Positions 1-10,964 of a stretch of 64,000 nucleotides of DNA are shown here, piece by piece; positions within the stretch are counted from its first letter, which is position 1; every line of letters begins with the position of its first letter. The DNA is taken from NCBI RefSeq assembly GCF_988242995.1, contig NZ_OZ547043.1; one strand, written 5' to 3'. Position numbers and translations under genes: made by a program. The notes beneath the pieces were generated by a model, which saw nothing but the letters and a program-made list of their open reading frames with translations, ran no database searches and was not told the DNA's origin.

Positions 1-513
1 ACTCATCAACAATTCGCTAGCGATTCGGGCTAATGTCCACTCATGGGCGATATTATTATTGATGACCGTACAAACTCGTGTTCGCATATTCGGTTGCAAC
101 ACGTTCAGAAGTAACGGTATAAACTGCGTATCCTCAAGAAAAACAGATAACAACGCAAAGATTAATGCCCTTTTACGTAGCATTTCTGCATAGCGAAGAT
201 TCTTATTCTGCGATAGTTGCGCAACTTCCTGAAAAACAGGAATATCTCTGGTACAGTGATGAACGAGTAATGAAGGAACTTTTTTATGTGCATGAAGTTT
301 TAATGCCTCCTCCTTGAGCATCGGGAGAAATAATGAAAGCGTGTCTCTTGAAACTAATACGAAATTCTCAACACACTTATCCACTTGAATTTGGCTTGCA
401 TCCGCAAAAACCAGATCACCGCCATTAAAATAGCGATATTCACCATTAACCATGGTGAGAATATATTTATGTCTTGCGTACGCAATTAGACAATTCCCAT
501 GTAATGATTGCAT
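1..513 (-). CDS. gadX: GadX, AraC-family acid-resistance regulator (N-terminal ~171 codons; 3' end lies beyond the window start)
   Basis: Reverse-strand translation from the ATG at 511-513 reads MQSLHGNCLIAYARHKYILTMVNGEYRYFNGGDLVFADASQIQVDKCVENF..., which I recognise as GadX. Frame runs off the window edge, so it is absent from the ORF track. Lies directly downstream of gadA as in the gadAX operon. Confidence 0.85.
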   Translation of the reverse strand, partial: MQSLHGNCLIAYARHKYILTMVNGEYRYFNGGDLVFADASQIQVDKCVENFVLVSRDTLSLFLPMLKEEALKLHAHKKVPSLLVHHCTRDIPVFQEVAQLSQNKNLRYAEMLRKRALIFALLSVFLEDTQFIPLLLNVLQPNMRTRVCTVINNNIAHEWTLARIASELLMS

Positions 514-881
514 AGTTGACTTAATATTACATAAACATATTACTGTTTATTAATGTAGCACGCCGCTCTCTTAAGTCAAATTGATTGATAAATAAATTTA
601 AACGAAGCGGGAGAACAGGATGATAATGTGTGATGTTCTACGGGCAGGATGACTGGATTTATAATACAAAAACGTGTTTAAGAACGCAGGGAAATTAATA
701 GCAAGCAAATAATCCCTTTTAGTTACATTAAATATAATTGCTACATTTAATAAACATTCATATAACATATATCTTATCAACACGATGAATAGACAGCCAA
801 TATATTATTGCGATTAATAAGCAACCGAATGCCCAGCTGTTTTTTAAAGGTTGGGCATTCGGTTTTTACAACGTTATGTTA

Positions 882-2282
882 TCAGGTATGTTTAAAGCTG
901 TTCTGCTGGGCAATACCCTGCAGTTTCGGGTGATCGCTGAGATATTTCAGGGAGGCTTTGTAGTCTTCCAGCAACAGTTCAGCAAAGTCCATTTCGAAGC
1001 CGCGACGACACATAATGCGCATCACCACGATGTCAGTGGCTTCACCGCCGAGAGTGAAGGCCGGAACCTGCCAGCCGCGCAGACGCAGACGTTCAGAGAG
1101 GTCGTACAGGGTGTATCCCGGATCTTCACCCTCTTTCAGTTTGAAGCAAACCGCCGGGATGCCTTCGTCCGGGCGACCCGTACAGATGAACTCATACGGC
1201 CCCAGTTTGGCGATTTCATCCGCGAGATAAGCGGCAACCTGGTAGGAAGCGTTCTGTACTTTGGTATAGCCTTCACGACCGAGGCGCAGGAATTCATAAT
1301 ACTGCGCAATTACCTGACCTGCCGGGCGGGAGAAGTTGATGGCGAAAGTACCAATCTGACCACCGAGGTAGTCAACGTTGAACACCAGTTCCTGCGGCAG
1401 TGCTTCTTCGTCACGCCAGATAACCCAGCCGCAGCCCAGCGGAGCCAGACCGAATTTATGGCCTGAAGCACTGATCGATTTCACACGCGGCAGGCGGAAG
1501 TCCCAGACGATATCCGGGGCGACGAACGGTGCCAGGAAGCCACCGCTGGCGGCGTCGATGTGCATGTCGATGTCGATACCAGTGTCGGCCTGGAATTTAT
1601 CCAGCGCATCGTGCAGCGGTTGCGGGAACTCATAGTTACCGGTGTAGGTCACGCCGAAAGTCGGCACCACGCCGATGGTATTTTCGTCGCAGGCTTCAAT
1701 CATGCGTTTCGGGTCCATAAACAACTGACCGGGGCGCATAGGGATCTCACGCAGCTCCACATCCCAGTAGCGGGCGAATTTATGCCAGCAGATTTGCACC
1801 GGACCGCACACCAGGTTTGGTTTGTTGGTCGGCTTACCTGCGGCTTCCATACGCTTGCGCCAACGCCATTTCATCGCCATCCCGCCGAGCATACAGGCCT
1901 CGGAAGAACCAATAGTGTTGGTGCCAACGGCCTGACCATTTTTCGGCGCAGGCGCATGCCACAGATCGGCAACCATGTTTACGCAACGCAGGTCGATGGC
2001 TGCAGATTGCGGATATTCTTCTTTGTCGATCCAGTTTTTATTGATCGACAAATCCATCAATTTATGGACGTTTTCGTCGTCCCAGGTCTGGCAGAAAGTG
2101 GCCAGGTTCTGACGAGCGTTGCCATCAAGATATAATTCATCATTGATAATCTGGAATGCGACATCATCGCGCATTTCGTGCAGCGGAAATCGTTTTGACT
2201 CCGCGATAGTAGAAATGGCCTTTGCGCCAAAACGTGAATCGAGTAGTTCTGAGCGGAAATCCGTTAACAGCTTCTGGTCCAT
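882..2282 (-). CDS. gadA: Glutamate decarboxylase alpha (PLP-dependent), 466 aa
   Basis: Track ORF 882..2345; conserved start [21 protein letters not shown] is at codon 22, giving 2282. Called gadA rather than gadB because of the gadX and yhjA neighbours. Confidence 0.95.
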   Translation of the reverse strand: MDQKLLTDFRSELLDSRFGAKAISTIAESKRFPLHEMRDDVAFQIINDELYLDGNARQNLATFCQTWDDENVHKLMDLSINKNWIDKEEYPQSAAIDLRCVNMVADLWHAPAPKNGQAVGTNTIGSSEACMLGGMAMKWRWRKRMEAAGKPTNKPNLVCGPVQICWHKFARYWDVELREIPMRPGQLFMDPKRMIEACDENTIGVVPTFGVTYTGNYEFPQPLHDALDKFQADTGIDIDMHIDAASGGFLAPFVAPDIVWDFRLPRVKSISASGHKFGLAPLGCGWVIWRDEEALPQELVFNVDYLGGQIGTFAINFSRPAGQVIAQYYEFLRLGREGYTKVQNASYQVAAYLADEIAKLGPYEFICTGRPDEGIPAVCFKLKEGEDPGYTLYDLSERLRLRGWQVPAFTLGGEATDIVVMRIMCRRGFEMDFAELLLEDYKASLKYLSDHPKLQGIAQQNSFKHT

Positions 2283-2352
2283 TTCGAACTCCTTAAATTT
2301 ATTTGAAGGCAATAAAAAAGTAGGATTTATCCGCAATGGAAGCAAGGCATTA

Positions 2353-2372
2353 CAGGCTTAATTTAAATAACA
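2353..2372 (-). promoter_or_regulatory. GAD box (GadE/GadX-GadW binding site) upstream of gadA
   Basis: Plus strand reads tttaaataacaaaatcctaa, the reverse complement of the 20-bp GAD box TTAGGATTTTGTTATTTAAA, about 70-90 bp upstream of the gadA start. Confidence 0.75.
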
Positions 2373-2492
2373 AAATCCTAAGCAGAAAAACGACTTTTTA
2401 TAATATAAACATTTAACATGATAATATTAAAAACAGACTTTATTATCGTAATGAAAATCGCCCAAACATTCCTGTTCGGGCGATTAAATTAA

Positions 2493-3890
2493 TTATTGTT
2501 TATCCTGCATATACGGCGTGTAAACCCCGTTCAGACTGTGCAGGAAAGCTACGATATCATCCACATCCTCCTGCGGCAGCTCTTTGCCTACCTGATAGCG
2601 CAACATCAGTTTCACCGCCCCGTCCAGCGTCGGCACATCACCGCGATGGAAGTACGGTGCCGTTAGTGCAACGTTACGTAAACCGGGTACTTTCTGACGC
2701 AATTTATCGCGCTCTTCTTTAGTCACATTCATACGACCAATATCCGCCGCCGTAATTTCACCAAAGTTAAAGTCTTTTTTCAGCCCCAACGGTTCGAAGG
2801 AACGTCCGCCGAGAATAATACCACCATGACAAGTTGCACATTTATTATCTTTAAATAATTGATAGCCTTTTTTCTGTTGTGCCGTCAGCGCATTCTCATC
2901 TCCACGCAACCATTTATCAAATGGGGAATCCGGCGTAATTAATGTTTTCTCAAATTCAGCAATGGCATCAGTAATATTTTCGCCACTGAAACCTTGCGGA
3001 TAGACTTCGAGGAACTGCGCTTTAAGCTGCGGATCTTTTTCCAGCTTAGCAATAATTTCGTCCCAGGATTTCGACGCCATTTCAATCGGATTCAACGGCG
3101 GTCCACCAGCCTGATCCTGCAATGTTGCCGCACGACCATCCCAGAACTGCTCAACGTTAAATACTGAGTTAAATACCGTCGGCGCGTTAATCGGCCCCAC
3201 TGCGCCACCAACACCAATCGATGTTTTTCTGCCATCGACGCCCCCCGCATTCAACGCATGGCAATGAGCGCATGAAATGGTGCTATCCGCCGATAAACGG
3301 GGATCGTGATACAGCGCAAAGCCCAACGCCACTTTTTGCGCATCGGTAGGCAGTTTTTGCGGGATGGGCTGCACCGGTTCATTACGATGATCCGGTGCAG
3401 TGTCATTGCTGGCGTAATATTCCGCGCGCTGTTTTGCAATCCAGGCGAGTATTTCCGCCCGCTCTTCATCACTCACCTTACCCGCCCAGTGTAGCGCGGT
3501 ATAACGCGTTGGTGGCATGGTTTCATACTGCATCACCCATTCAATCTTATTCAGATCGCTTTGCGAAACGGGTTTATCAGCCAGCAGAGCCGCACGCACG
3601 GCCTCGAGGTTAAAAGATTTATATCCAAGCTTAATGTCGTAATCCATCAACTGTTTCGCGCCAGGAATATAATAATAGGCGGGTAATTCTGCCGAAGGCG
3701 TGTGGCAATAGTCGCATCCTTTTTCGCGGAGAAAGCCTAAAACCTGATTATTTTCACTGACAGCAGATGCCTGAACATCAGCCTGTTTACTGCGTTTATT
3801 ATCGTGGTACCACACATAACCAGATAACCCTAAATAGCAAATCGCGACGCCAGCCAGGCCGATCGCGGTAATACGTGAGACCATTTTCAT
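2493..3890 (-). CDS. yhjA: Di-haem cytochrome c peroxidase, 465 aa
   Basis: Track ORF MKMVSRITAIGLAGVAICYLGL...; contains CxxCH haem-binding motifs (CDYCH, CAHCH, CATCH); expected length and position. Confidence 0.93.
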   Translation of the reverse strand: MKMVSRITAIGLAGVAICYLGLSGYVWYHDNKRSKQADVQASAVSENNQVLGFLREKGCDYCHTPSAELPAYYYIPGAKQLMDYDIKLGYKSFNLEAVRAALLADKPVSQSDLNKIEWVMQYETMPPTRYTALHWAGKVSDEERAEILAWIAKQRAEYYASNDTAPDHRNEPVQPIPQKLPTDAQKVALGFALYHDPRLSADSTISCAHCHALNAGGVDGRKTSIGVGGAVGPINAPTVFNSVFNVEQFWDGRAATLQDQAGGPPLNPIEMASKSWDEIIAKLEKDPQLKAQFLEVYPQGFSGENITDAIAEFEKTLITPDSPFDKWLRGDENALTAQQKKGYQLFKDNKCATCHGGIILGGRSFEPLGLKKDFNFGEITAADIGRMNVTKEERDKLRQKVPGLRNVALTAPYFHRGDVPTLDGAVKLMLRYQVGKELPQEDVDDIVAFLHSLNGVYTPYMQDKQ

Positions 3891-4264
3891 TATTCTTCCC
3901 TCACGGTGGTGAGTTATTGTGACCCAGAAAATTTTCCAGAATGCTGCAAACGTCTCTGCGAGACAAAGCCATCATAAAAAACAGGGAAATATGCTTTTTG
4001 ATAGGAATCAATCAATTACATGAATATAAACTATCAATAAGATAGCCTGTGCCTATTACCCAGATCAGGAATGGCATATCATGATTGCGGCGAGAGCAGG
4101 ATTGAATGTTCTGAAAATGAAAAACAACACGAAATCTGTATTTTTATAAATTCCATGGATATTAGTGCGTTATATTTTTTGACAGGTAAATAAACGTGAT
4201 CCACCGCACGCTTTGTCGCCCACCAGGCGGAGCGAATGACTACCCTTAAAGAAAAGCCCGATAA

Positions 4265-5944
<1,680 letters not shown>

Positions 5945-5945
5945 T

Positions 5946-5985
5946 ATTTTTACAGCCAGCCGCTAACTTCCAGCTGGCTGTAAAA
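5946..5985. terminator. Bidirectional intrinsic terminator between convergent treF and yhjB
   Basis: Stem acagccagc / gctggctgt flanked by a T-run on one side and an A-run on the other (tttttacagccagccgctaacttccagctggctgtaaaa). Confidence 0.6.
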
Positions 5986-5994
5986 TTATCCTCT

Positions 5995-6597
5995 TCAGGA
6001 GGAGATATTTAACATCATTGCCGCCTGGGTGCGATTTTTCACTTCCAGACGGCGATACAGGGATTCCAGATGCGCTTTTACCGTTCCGGTACTGATATTC
6101 AGCGCCCTGCCGATCTCCTTATTTGATTCGCCCGCCGCTAACATGGTTAAAATCTCCCGCTGGCGGGCGCTTAACGATTTGAGATCTTTAATGTCCTTTT
6201 CCGGCGTCGTCCGCCAGTCTCCAGGCAGAAACATCATCCCCATCGCCGCACTATTTACCGCCAACGCAAATGTCTCGACGGTTGAATCACGAGGCACAAT
6301 GGCCAGCACATTAAAATGGATAACTTCCTGTAACCATCGTTTATTGCAATCCGTCGCCGTAATTAACACCTTAACCTCAGGAAATTGCACCACGGTTTTT
6401 TGCAGCAACCAGTAGCAAAACTCACCATCCTGATCGCCATCGAGCATCACTAAGGCTTCAGGGTAACTTTCCAGCTTTTGCCATAACTCGTCTGCCTGAC
6501 CGGCCCCCTGAATACTCACTCCTGGAATACGCTGCTGTAAACTGATTTTCATTCCATGAATAAATATTGACTGCCTGTCAAACATGACTATTTGCAT
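5995..6597 (-). CDS. yhjB: LuxR/FixJ-family response-regulator-like transcription factor, 200 aa
   Basis: Track ORF MQIVMFDRQSIFIHGMKISLQQRIPG...; C-terminal LuxR-type HTH (REILTMLAAGESNKEIGRALNISTGTVKAHL). Confidence 0.9.
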   Translation of the reverse strand: MQIVMFDRQSIFIHGMKISLQQRIPGVSIQGAGQADELWQKLESYPEALVMLDGDQDGEFCYWLLQKTVVQFPEVKVLITATDCNKRWLQEVIHFNVLAIVPRDSTVETFALAVNSAAMGMMFLPGDWRTTPEKDIKDLKSLSARQREILTMLAAGESNKEIGRALNISTGTVKAHLESLYRRLEVKNRTQAAMMLNISS

Positions 6598-7116
6598 AAC
6601 TGAATCTCCACCTGAATACGTTAAAAAGACTTAAGTAGTGGAAGGGTATTACCCGCGAGAAAAAATAAGAATTCGCCATTTGGCGGTGGCCATTCTACAG
6701 AGATGACGCGTAGAAAATAGTTGCCGATATAAATAGTTACAGCTAAACGCCTGAAATTACATGTCGAGGGCACTATTTAAAACAATTTTGAGGATTTCCT
6801 TATATTGATGGTTAGTACGCATGCAATTAAAAATGAAATTCCGCGACCACAAGCCAAAATAACAAACGGCAATGAGACAAAAATAAGCACAAATAGCCAA
6901 CACGTCCTCTGTTCACTTTAAAGGGAATCGCTGAAAAAAACGCTCTGTTTAGGGAAATTCACCTTTCTCATAAAGCTATTCCGCCCTTTTCCTGCTGAGA
7001 AATCGCCACATTCGTCATGACAACATTGTGAAACCCGGCATTAGATGTTAGAAAAAACAATAAACAATGCGATATGCGCGTTACTGTTTCGCTGTGAACA
7101 ACAATCGGTCAAAGAA

Positions 7117-8016
7117 ATGGATAAAATTCACGCAATGCAGTTGTTCATCAAAGTCGCTGAGCTGGAAAGTTTTTCCCGCGCAGCGGATTTCTTTGCTTTG
7201 CCAAAGGGAAGTGTTTCGCGCCAGATACAGGCACTGGAACATCAACTTGGCACCCAGCTTCTCCAGCGCACCACGCGGCGGGTCAAACTCACGCCAGAAG
7301 GCATGACCTATTATCAACGGGCAAAAGATGTGTTGAGTAATCTCAACGAACTGGACGGTCTGTTTCAACAGGATGCCACCAGTATCAGCGGTAAATTACG
7401 CATCGACATCCCGCCAGGAATCGCGAAAAGCCTGTTACTGCCGCGTCTGTCGGAATTTCTCTATCTGCATCCGGGAATTGAGTTGGAGCTGAGTAGCCAT
7501 GACCGTCCGGTAGATATTCTTCACGATGGTTTTGATTGCGTGATACGCACTGGCGCGTCACCGGAAGATGGCGTTATCGCCCGTCCCCTCGGCAAACTGA
7601 CCGTGGTCAATTGTGCCAGTCCACACTATCTGACGCGCTTTGGTTATCCGCAAAGCCCCGACGATCTGACTTCGCACGCAATAGTGCGCTACACACCGCA
7701 CCTGGGTGTACATCCGTTAGGTTTTGAGGTTGCCAGCGTTAATGGCGTCCAGTGGTTTAAGTCTGGCGGCATGTTGACGGTAAACAGTCGCGAAAACTAT
7801 CTCGCCGCCGGTCTTGCCGGTCTGGGGATTATTCAGATCCCGCGCATTGCCGTGCGCGAAGCCCTGCGTGCCGGGAGGCTTATTGAAGTATTACCTGGCT
7901 ACCGTGCCGAGCCGCTCTCCCTTTCGCTGATTTATCCGCAGCGTCGGGAGCTTTCCCGGCGTGTAAACCTGTTTATGCAGTGGCTGGCTGGCGTAATGAA
8001 AGAGCACCTGGACTGA
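7117..8016 (+). CDS. yhjC: LysR-family transcriptional regulator, 299 aa
   Basis: Track ORF 7045..8016 (323 aa); the LysR HTH begins at MDKIHAMQLFIKVAELESFSRAADF (codon 25), used as start. The longer 323-aa form cannot be excluded. Confidence 0.85.
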   Translation: MDKIHAMQLFIKVAELESFSRAADFFALPKGSVSRQIQALEHQLGTQLLQRTTRRVKLTPEGMTYYQRAKDVLSNLNELDGLFQQDATSISGKLRIDIPPGIAKSLLLPRLSEFLYLHPGIELELSSHDRPVDILHDGFDCVIRTGASPEDGVIARPLGKLTVVNCASPHYLTRFGYPQSPDDLTSHAIVRYTPHLGVHPLGFEVASVNGVQWFKSGGMLTVNSRENYLAAGLAGLGIIQIPRIAVREALRAGRLIEVLPGYRAEPLSLSLIYPQRRELSRRVNLFMQWLAGVMKEHLD

Positions 8017-8064
8017 CCGACTATACTTTTTAAGAATGACCACGACAGAAGGACAAAAGAGCGG

Positions 8065-9078
8065 ATGACGCAGGAAAACGAGATCAAACGTCCCACCCAG
8101 GATCTGGAGCACGAGCCGATTAAGCAGTTGGATAATAGCGAGAAAGGCGGCAAAGTTAGCCAGGCGCTGGAAACCGTCACCACCACTGCCGAAAAAGTCC
8201 AACGCCAACCGGTTATTGCGCACCTGATTCGCGCAACAGAACGCTTTAACGATCGGCTGGGTAACCAGTTTGGTGCGGCTATCACCTATTTCTCATTTTT
8301 ATCGATGATCCCGATTTTGATGGTGTCGTTTGCCGCAGGGGGCTTTGTGCTGGCCTCCCATCCGATGTTGCTACAGGATATCTTCGACAAAATTCTGCAA
8401 AACATCAGCGATCCGACGCTAGCCGCCACGTTGAAAAACACCATCAACACCGCCGTTCAGCAGCGTACGACTGTAGGGCTTGTCGGCCTGGCGGTGGCGC
8501 TTTATTCCGGCATCAACTGGATGGGTAACCTGCGTGAAGCGATTCGCGCCCAGTCACGCGATGTCTGGGAACGCTCGCCGCAAGATCAGGAGAAGTTCTG
8601 GGTAAAATATCTGCGTGATTTTATTTCGCTGATTGGTTTGTTGATTGCACTGATTGTGACGCTTTCGATCACCTCGGTTGCCGGTTCGGCGCAGCAAATG
8701 ATTATTAGCGCCCTGCACCTGAACAGCATTGAGTGGCTGAAACCGACGTGGCGGTTGATTGGCCTGGCGATTTCCATCTTCGCCAACTATCTGCTTTTCT
8801 TTTGGATCTTCTGGCGCTTGCCGCGCCACCGTCCGCGCAAAAAAGCCCTGATTCGCGGAACATTTCTGGCTGCGATTGGTTTTGAAGTGATTAAAATCGT
8901 GATGACCTACACCCTGCCATCGCTGATGAAATCCCCCTCTGGCGCAGCATTTGGTTCCGTGCTGGGACTGATGGCGTTTTTCTACTTCTTCGCCCGTTTG
9001 ACGCTGTTTTGCGCGGCGTGGATTGCCACCGCCGAATATAAAGACGACCCGCGAATGCCGGGGAAAACGCAGCGGTAA
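8065..9078 (+). CDS. yhjD: Inner-membrane protein of the YihY/BrkB family, 337 aa
   Basis: Track ORF MTQENEIKRPTQDLEHEPIKQLDNSEKGGK...; multiple hydrophobic segments; expected length. Confidence 0.9.
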   Translation: MTQENEIKRPTQDLEHEPIKQLDNSEKGGKVSQALETVTTTAEKVQRQPVIAHLIRATERFNDRLGNQFGAAITYFSFLSMIPILMVSFAAGGFVLASHPMLLQDIFDKILQNISDPTLAATLKNTINTAVQQRTTVGLVGLAVALYSGINWMGNLREAIRAQSRDVWERSPQDQEKFWVKYLRDFISLIGLLIALIVTLSITSVAGSAQQMIISALHLNSIEWLKPTWRLIGLAISIFANYLLFFWIFWRLPRHRPRKKALIRGTFLAAIGFEVIKIVMTYTLPSLMKSPSGAAFGSVLGLMAFFYFFARLTLFCAAWIATAEYKDDPRMPGKTQR

Positions 9079-9108
9079 TTCATTGGTTTATAATGCCTGA
9101 TAAACGCA

Positions 9109-9165
9109 CGGTCGATCCCCTCGCCCCTTCGGGGAGAGGATTAGGGTGAGGGGGTACAAGCCAGC
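9109..9165. repeat. GC-rich intergenic repeat with hairpin (boxC-like family), downstream of yhjD
   Basis: Sequence cccctcgccccttcggggagaggattagggtgaggggg recurs almost verbatim at 10881-10925; contains the cccc-ttcg-gggg stem-loop. Confidence 0.55.
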
Positions 9166-9469
9166 CAGAGACCAGGCAACGACATGCACATAACCACCTG
9201 AAACTACATCTCTTCAGGAGCAAACAATTTCATACCAACTCATAACCCCAGCATATAAATCCAGTTGGTAACTTTTATTTAACCTGAAACCAGTTTTATC
9301 CACTATTTATAAAATTATGTGAAGCATTTCATAGAAGAAAAATCACTGGCCTAAACATTATCCCCTTTTTGCCTGGTTTTTGACCATTTCCGCGATTTGT
9401 TACACATTGAAATATCACTTTTGCTGTGCGTAATATGGCTATTCGTTAGCCAAAAAATAAGAAAAGATT

Positions 9470-10792
9470 ATGCAAGCAACAGCCACAACACTCGACCACG
9501 AGCAAGAATACACGCCGATCAACTCGCGTAATAAAGTCCTTGTCGCCTCTCTCATTGGCACGGCCATTGAGTTCTTCGACTTTTACATTTACGCCACTGC
9601 GGCCGTTATTGTGTTTCCGCATATCTTCTTCCCGCAGGGCGATCCTACGGCAGCAACGCTCCAGTCGCTCGCCACCTTCGCCATCGCCTTCGTCGCGCGC
9701 CCCATTGGCTCTGCCGTTTTTGGTCATTTTGGCGATCGCGTTGGGCGTAAAGCGACGCTGGTCGCCTCGTTGCTAACGATGGGGATTTCGACCGTGCTGA
9801 TTGGTCTGCTGCCGGGCTATGCCACGATTGGTATTTTCGCCCCGCTGCTGCTGGCGCTGGCTCGATTTGGTCAGGGTCTGGGCTTAGGCGGTGAATGGGG
9901 CGGTGCGGCGCTGCTGGCGACTGAAAACGCCCCACCGCGCAAACGTGCTCTGTATGGCTCCTTCCCACAGCTGGGCGCACCGATTGGCTTCTTCTTTGCC
10001 AACGGCACTTTCTTGCTGCTTTCCTGGCTACTGACCGACGAGCAGTTTATGAGCTGGGGCTGGCGTGTGCCATTTATCTTCTCAGCGGTGCTGGTCATTA
10101 TCGGCCTGTATGTTCGCGTGTCGCTGCATGAGTCGCCGGTGTTTGAGAAAGTCGCTAAAGCGAAAAAGCAGGTGAAGATCCCGCTGGGTACGCTGCTGAC
10201 CAAACATGTTCGCGTAACCGTACTGGGTACGTTCATTATGCTGGCAACCTATACGCTGTTTTACATCATGACGGTCTACTCTATGACCTTTAGTACCGCC
10301 GCCGCGCCAGTTGGGCTTGGCCTGCCGCGTAACGAAGTATTGTGGATGCTGATGATGGCAGTGATTGGTTTTGGCGTGATGGTGCCAGTCGCCGGATTAC
10401 TGGCTGATGCCTTTGGTCGCCGTAAAAGCATGGTAATCATCACCACGCTGATCATCCTGTTCGCGCTGTTCGCCTTTAACCCTCTGCTCGGTTCTGGCAA
10501 CCCGATTCTGGTTTTTGCCTTCCTGCTGCTGGGGTTAAGTCTGATGGGACTGACCTTCGGGCCGATGGGCGCGCTGTTACCAGAGCTGTTCCCGACAGAA
10601 GTGCGTTACACCGGAGCATCGTTCTCTTACAACGTAGCGTCGATTCTCGGGGCTTCCGTTGCGCCGTATATCGCAGCCTGGTTGCAGACTAACTACGGGT
10701 TAGGTGCGGTGGGGTTATATCTGGCGGCGATGGCTGGCTTGACGTTAATCGCCCTGCTGCTGACCCATGAGACGCGACATCAGTCGTTGTAA
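9470..10792 (+). CDS. yhjE: MFS transporter (metabolite:H+ symporter family), 440 aa
   Basis: Track ORF MQATATTLDHEQEYTPINSRNKVLVASLIGTAIEFFDFYIY...; many predicted TM segments. Confidence 0.92.
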   Translation: MQATATTLDHEQEYTPINSRNKVLVASLIGTAIEFFDFYIYATAAVIVFPHIFFPQGDPTAATLQSLATFAIAFVARPIGSAVFGHFGDRVGRKATLVASLLTMGISTVLIGLLPGYATIGIFAPLLLALARFGQGLGLGGEWGGAALLATENAPPRKRALYGSFPQLGAPIGFFFANGTFLLLSWLLTDEQFMSWGWRVPFIFSAVLVIIGLYVRVSLHESPVFEKVAKAKKQVKIPLGTLLTKHVRVTVLGTFIMLATYTLFYIMTVYSMTFSTAAAPVGLGLPRNEVLWMLMMAVIGFGVMVPVAGLLADAFGRRKSMVIITTLIILFALFAFNPLLGSGNPILVFAFLLLGLSLMGLTFGPMGALLPELFPTEVRYTGASFSYNVASILGASVAPYIAAWLQTNYGLGAVGLYLAAMAGLTLIALLLTHETRHQSL

Positions 10793-10800
10793 GTATCGTG

Positions 10801-10935
10801 CGGGCTGCCACCCTCACCCCGGCCCTCTACCCAGAAAGTGAACGGAAAAGCGGTACTCGTTGTTTCAACACGCACAAAACAGTCCCCTCGCCCCTTTGGG
10901 GGGAGGGTTAGGGTGAGGGGAGCACGCTGCTCCCG
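10801..10935. repeat. GC-rich intergenic repeat pair (boxC-like), inverted copies downstream of yhjE
   Basis: ccaccctcacccc near 10808-10822 is the reverse complement of the ggggtgagggtgg core; cccctcgcccctttggggggagggttagggtgagggg at about 10881-10925 matches the 9109-9165 element. Confidence 0.55.
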
Positions 10936-10964
10936 AACTCACCAGCAAACACAATCCAACCTCA

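Noticed and set aside
598-783. 61-aa ORF in the gadX-gadA spacer
   Set aside because: AT-rich promoter region; translation is Leu/Ile/Asn-rich with no plausible ribosome-binding site.
876-2135. Plus-strand ORFs 876..1466 (196 aa), 1378..1635 and 1560..2135 (191 aa) inside gadA
   Set aside because: They lie entirely antisense within the gadA coding sequence, and their translations are low-complexity (Arg/His/Gln-rich) with no recognisable family.
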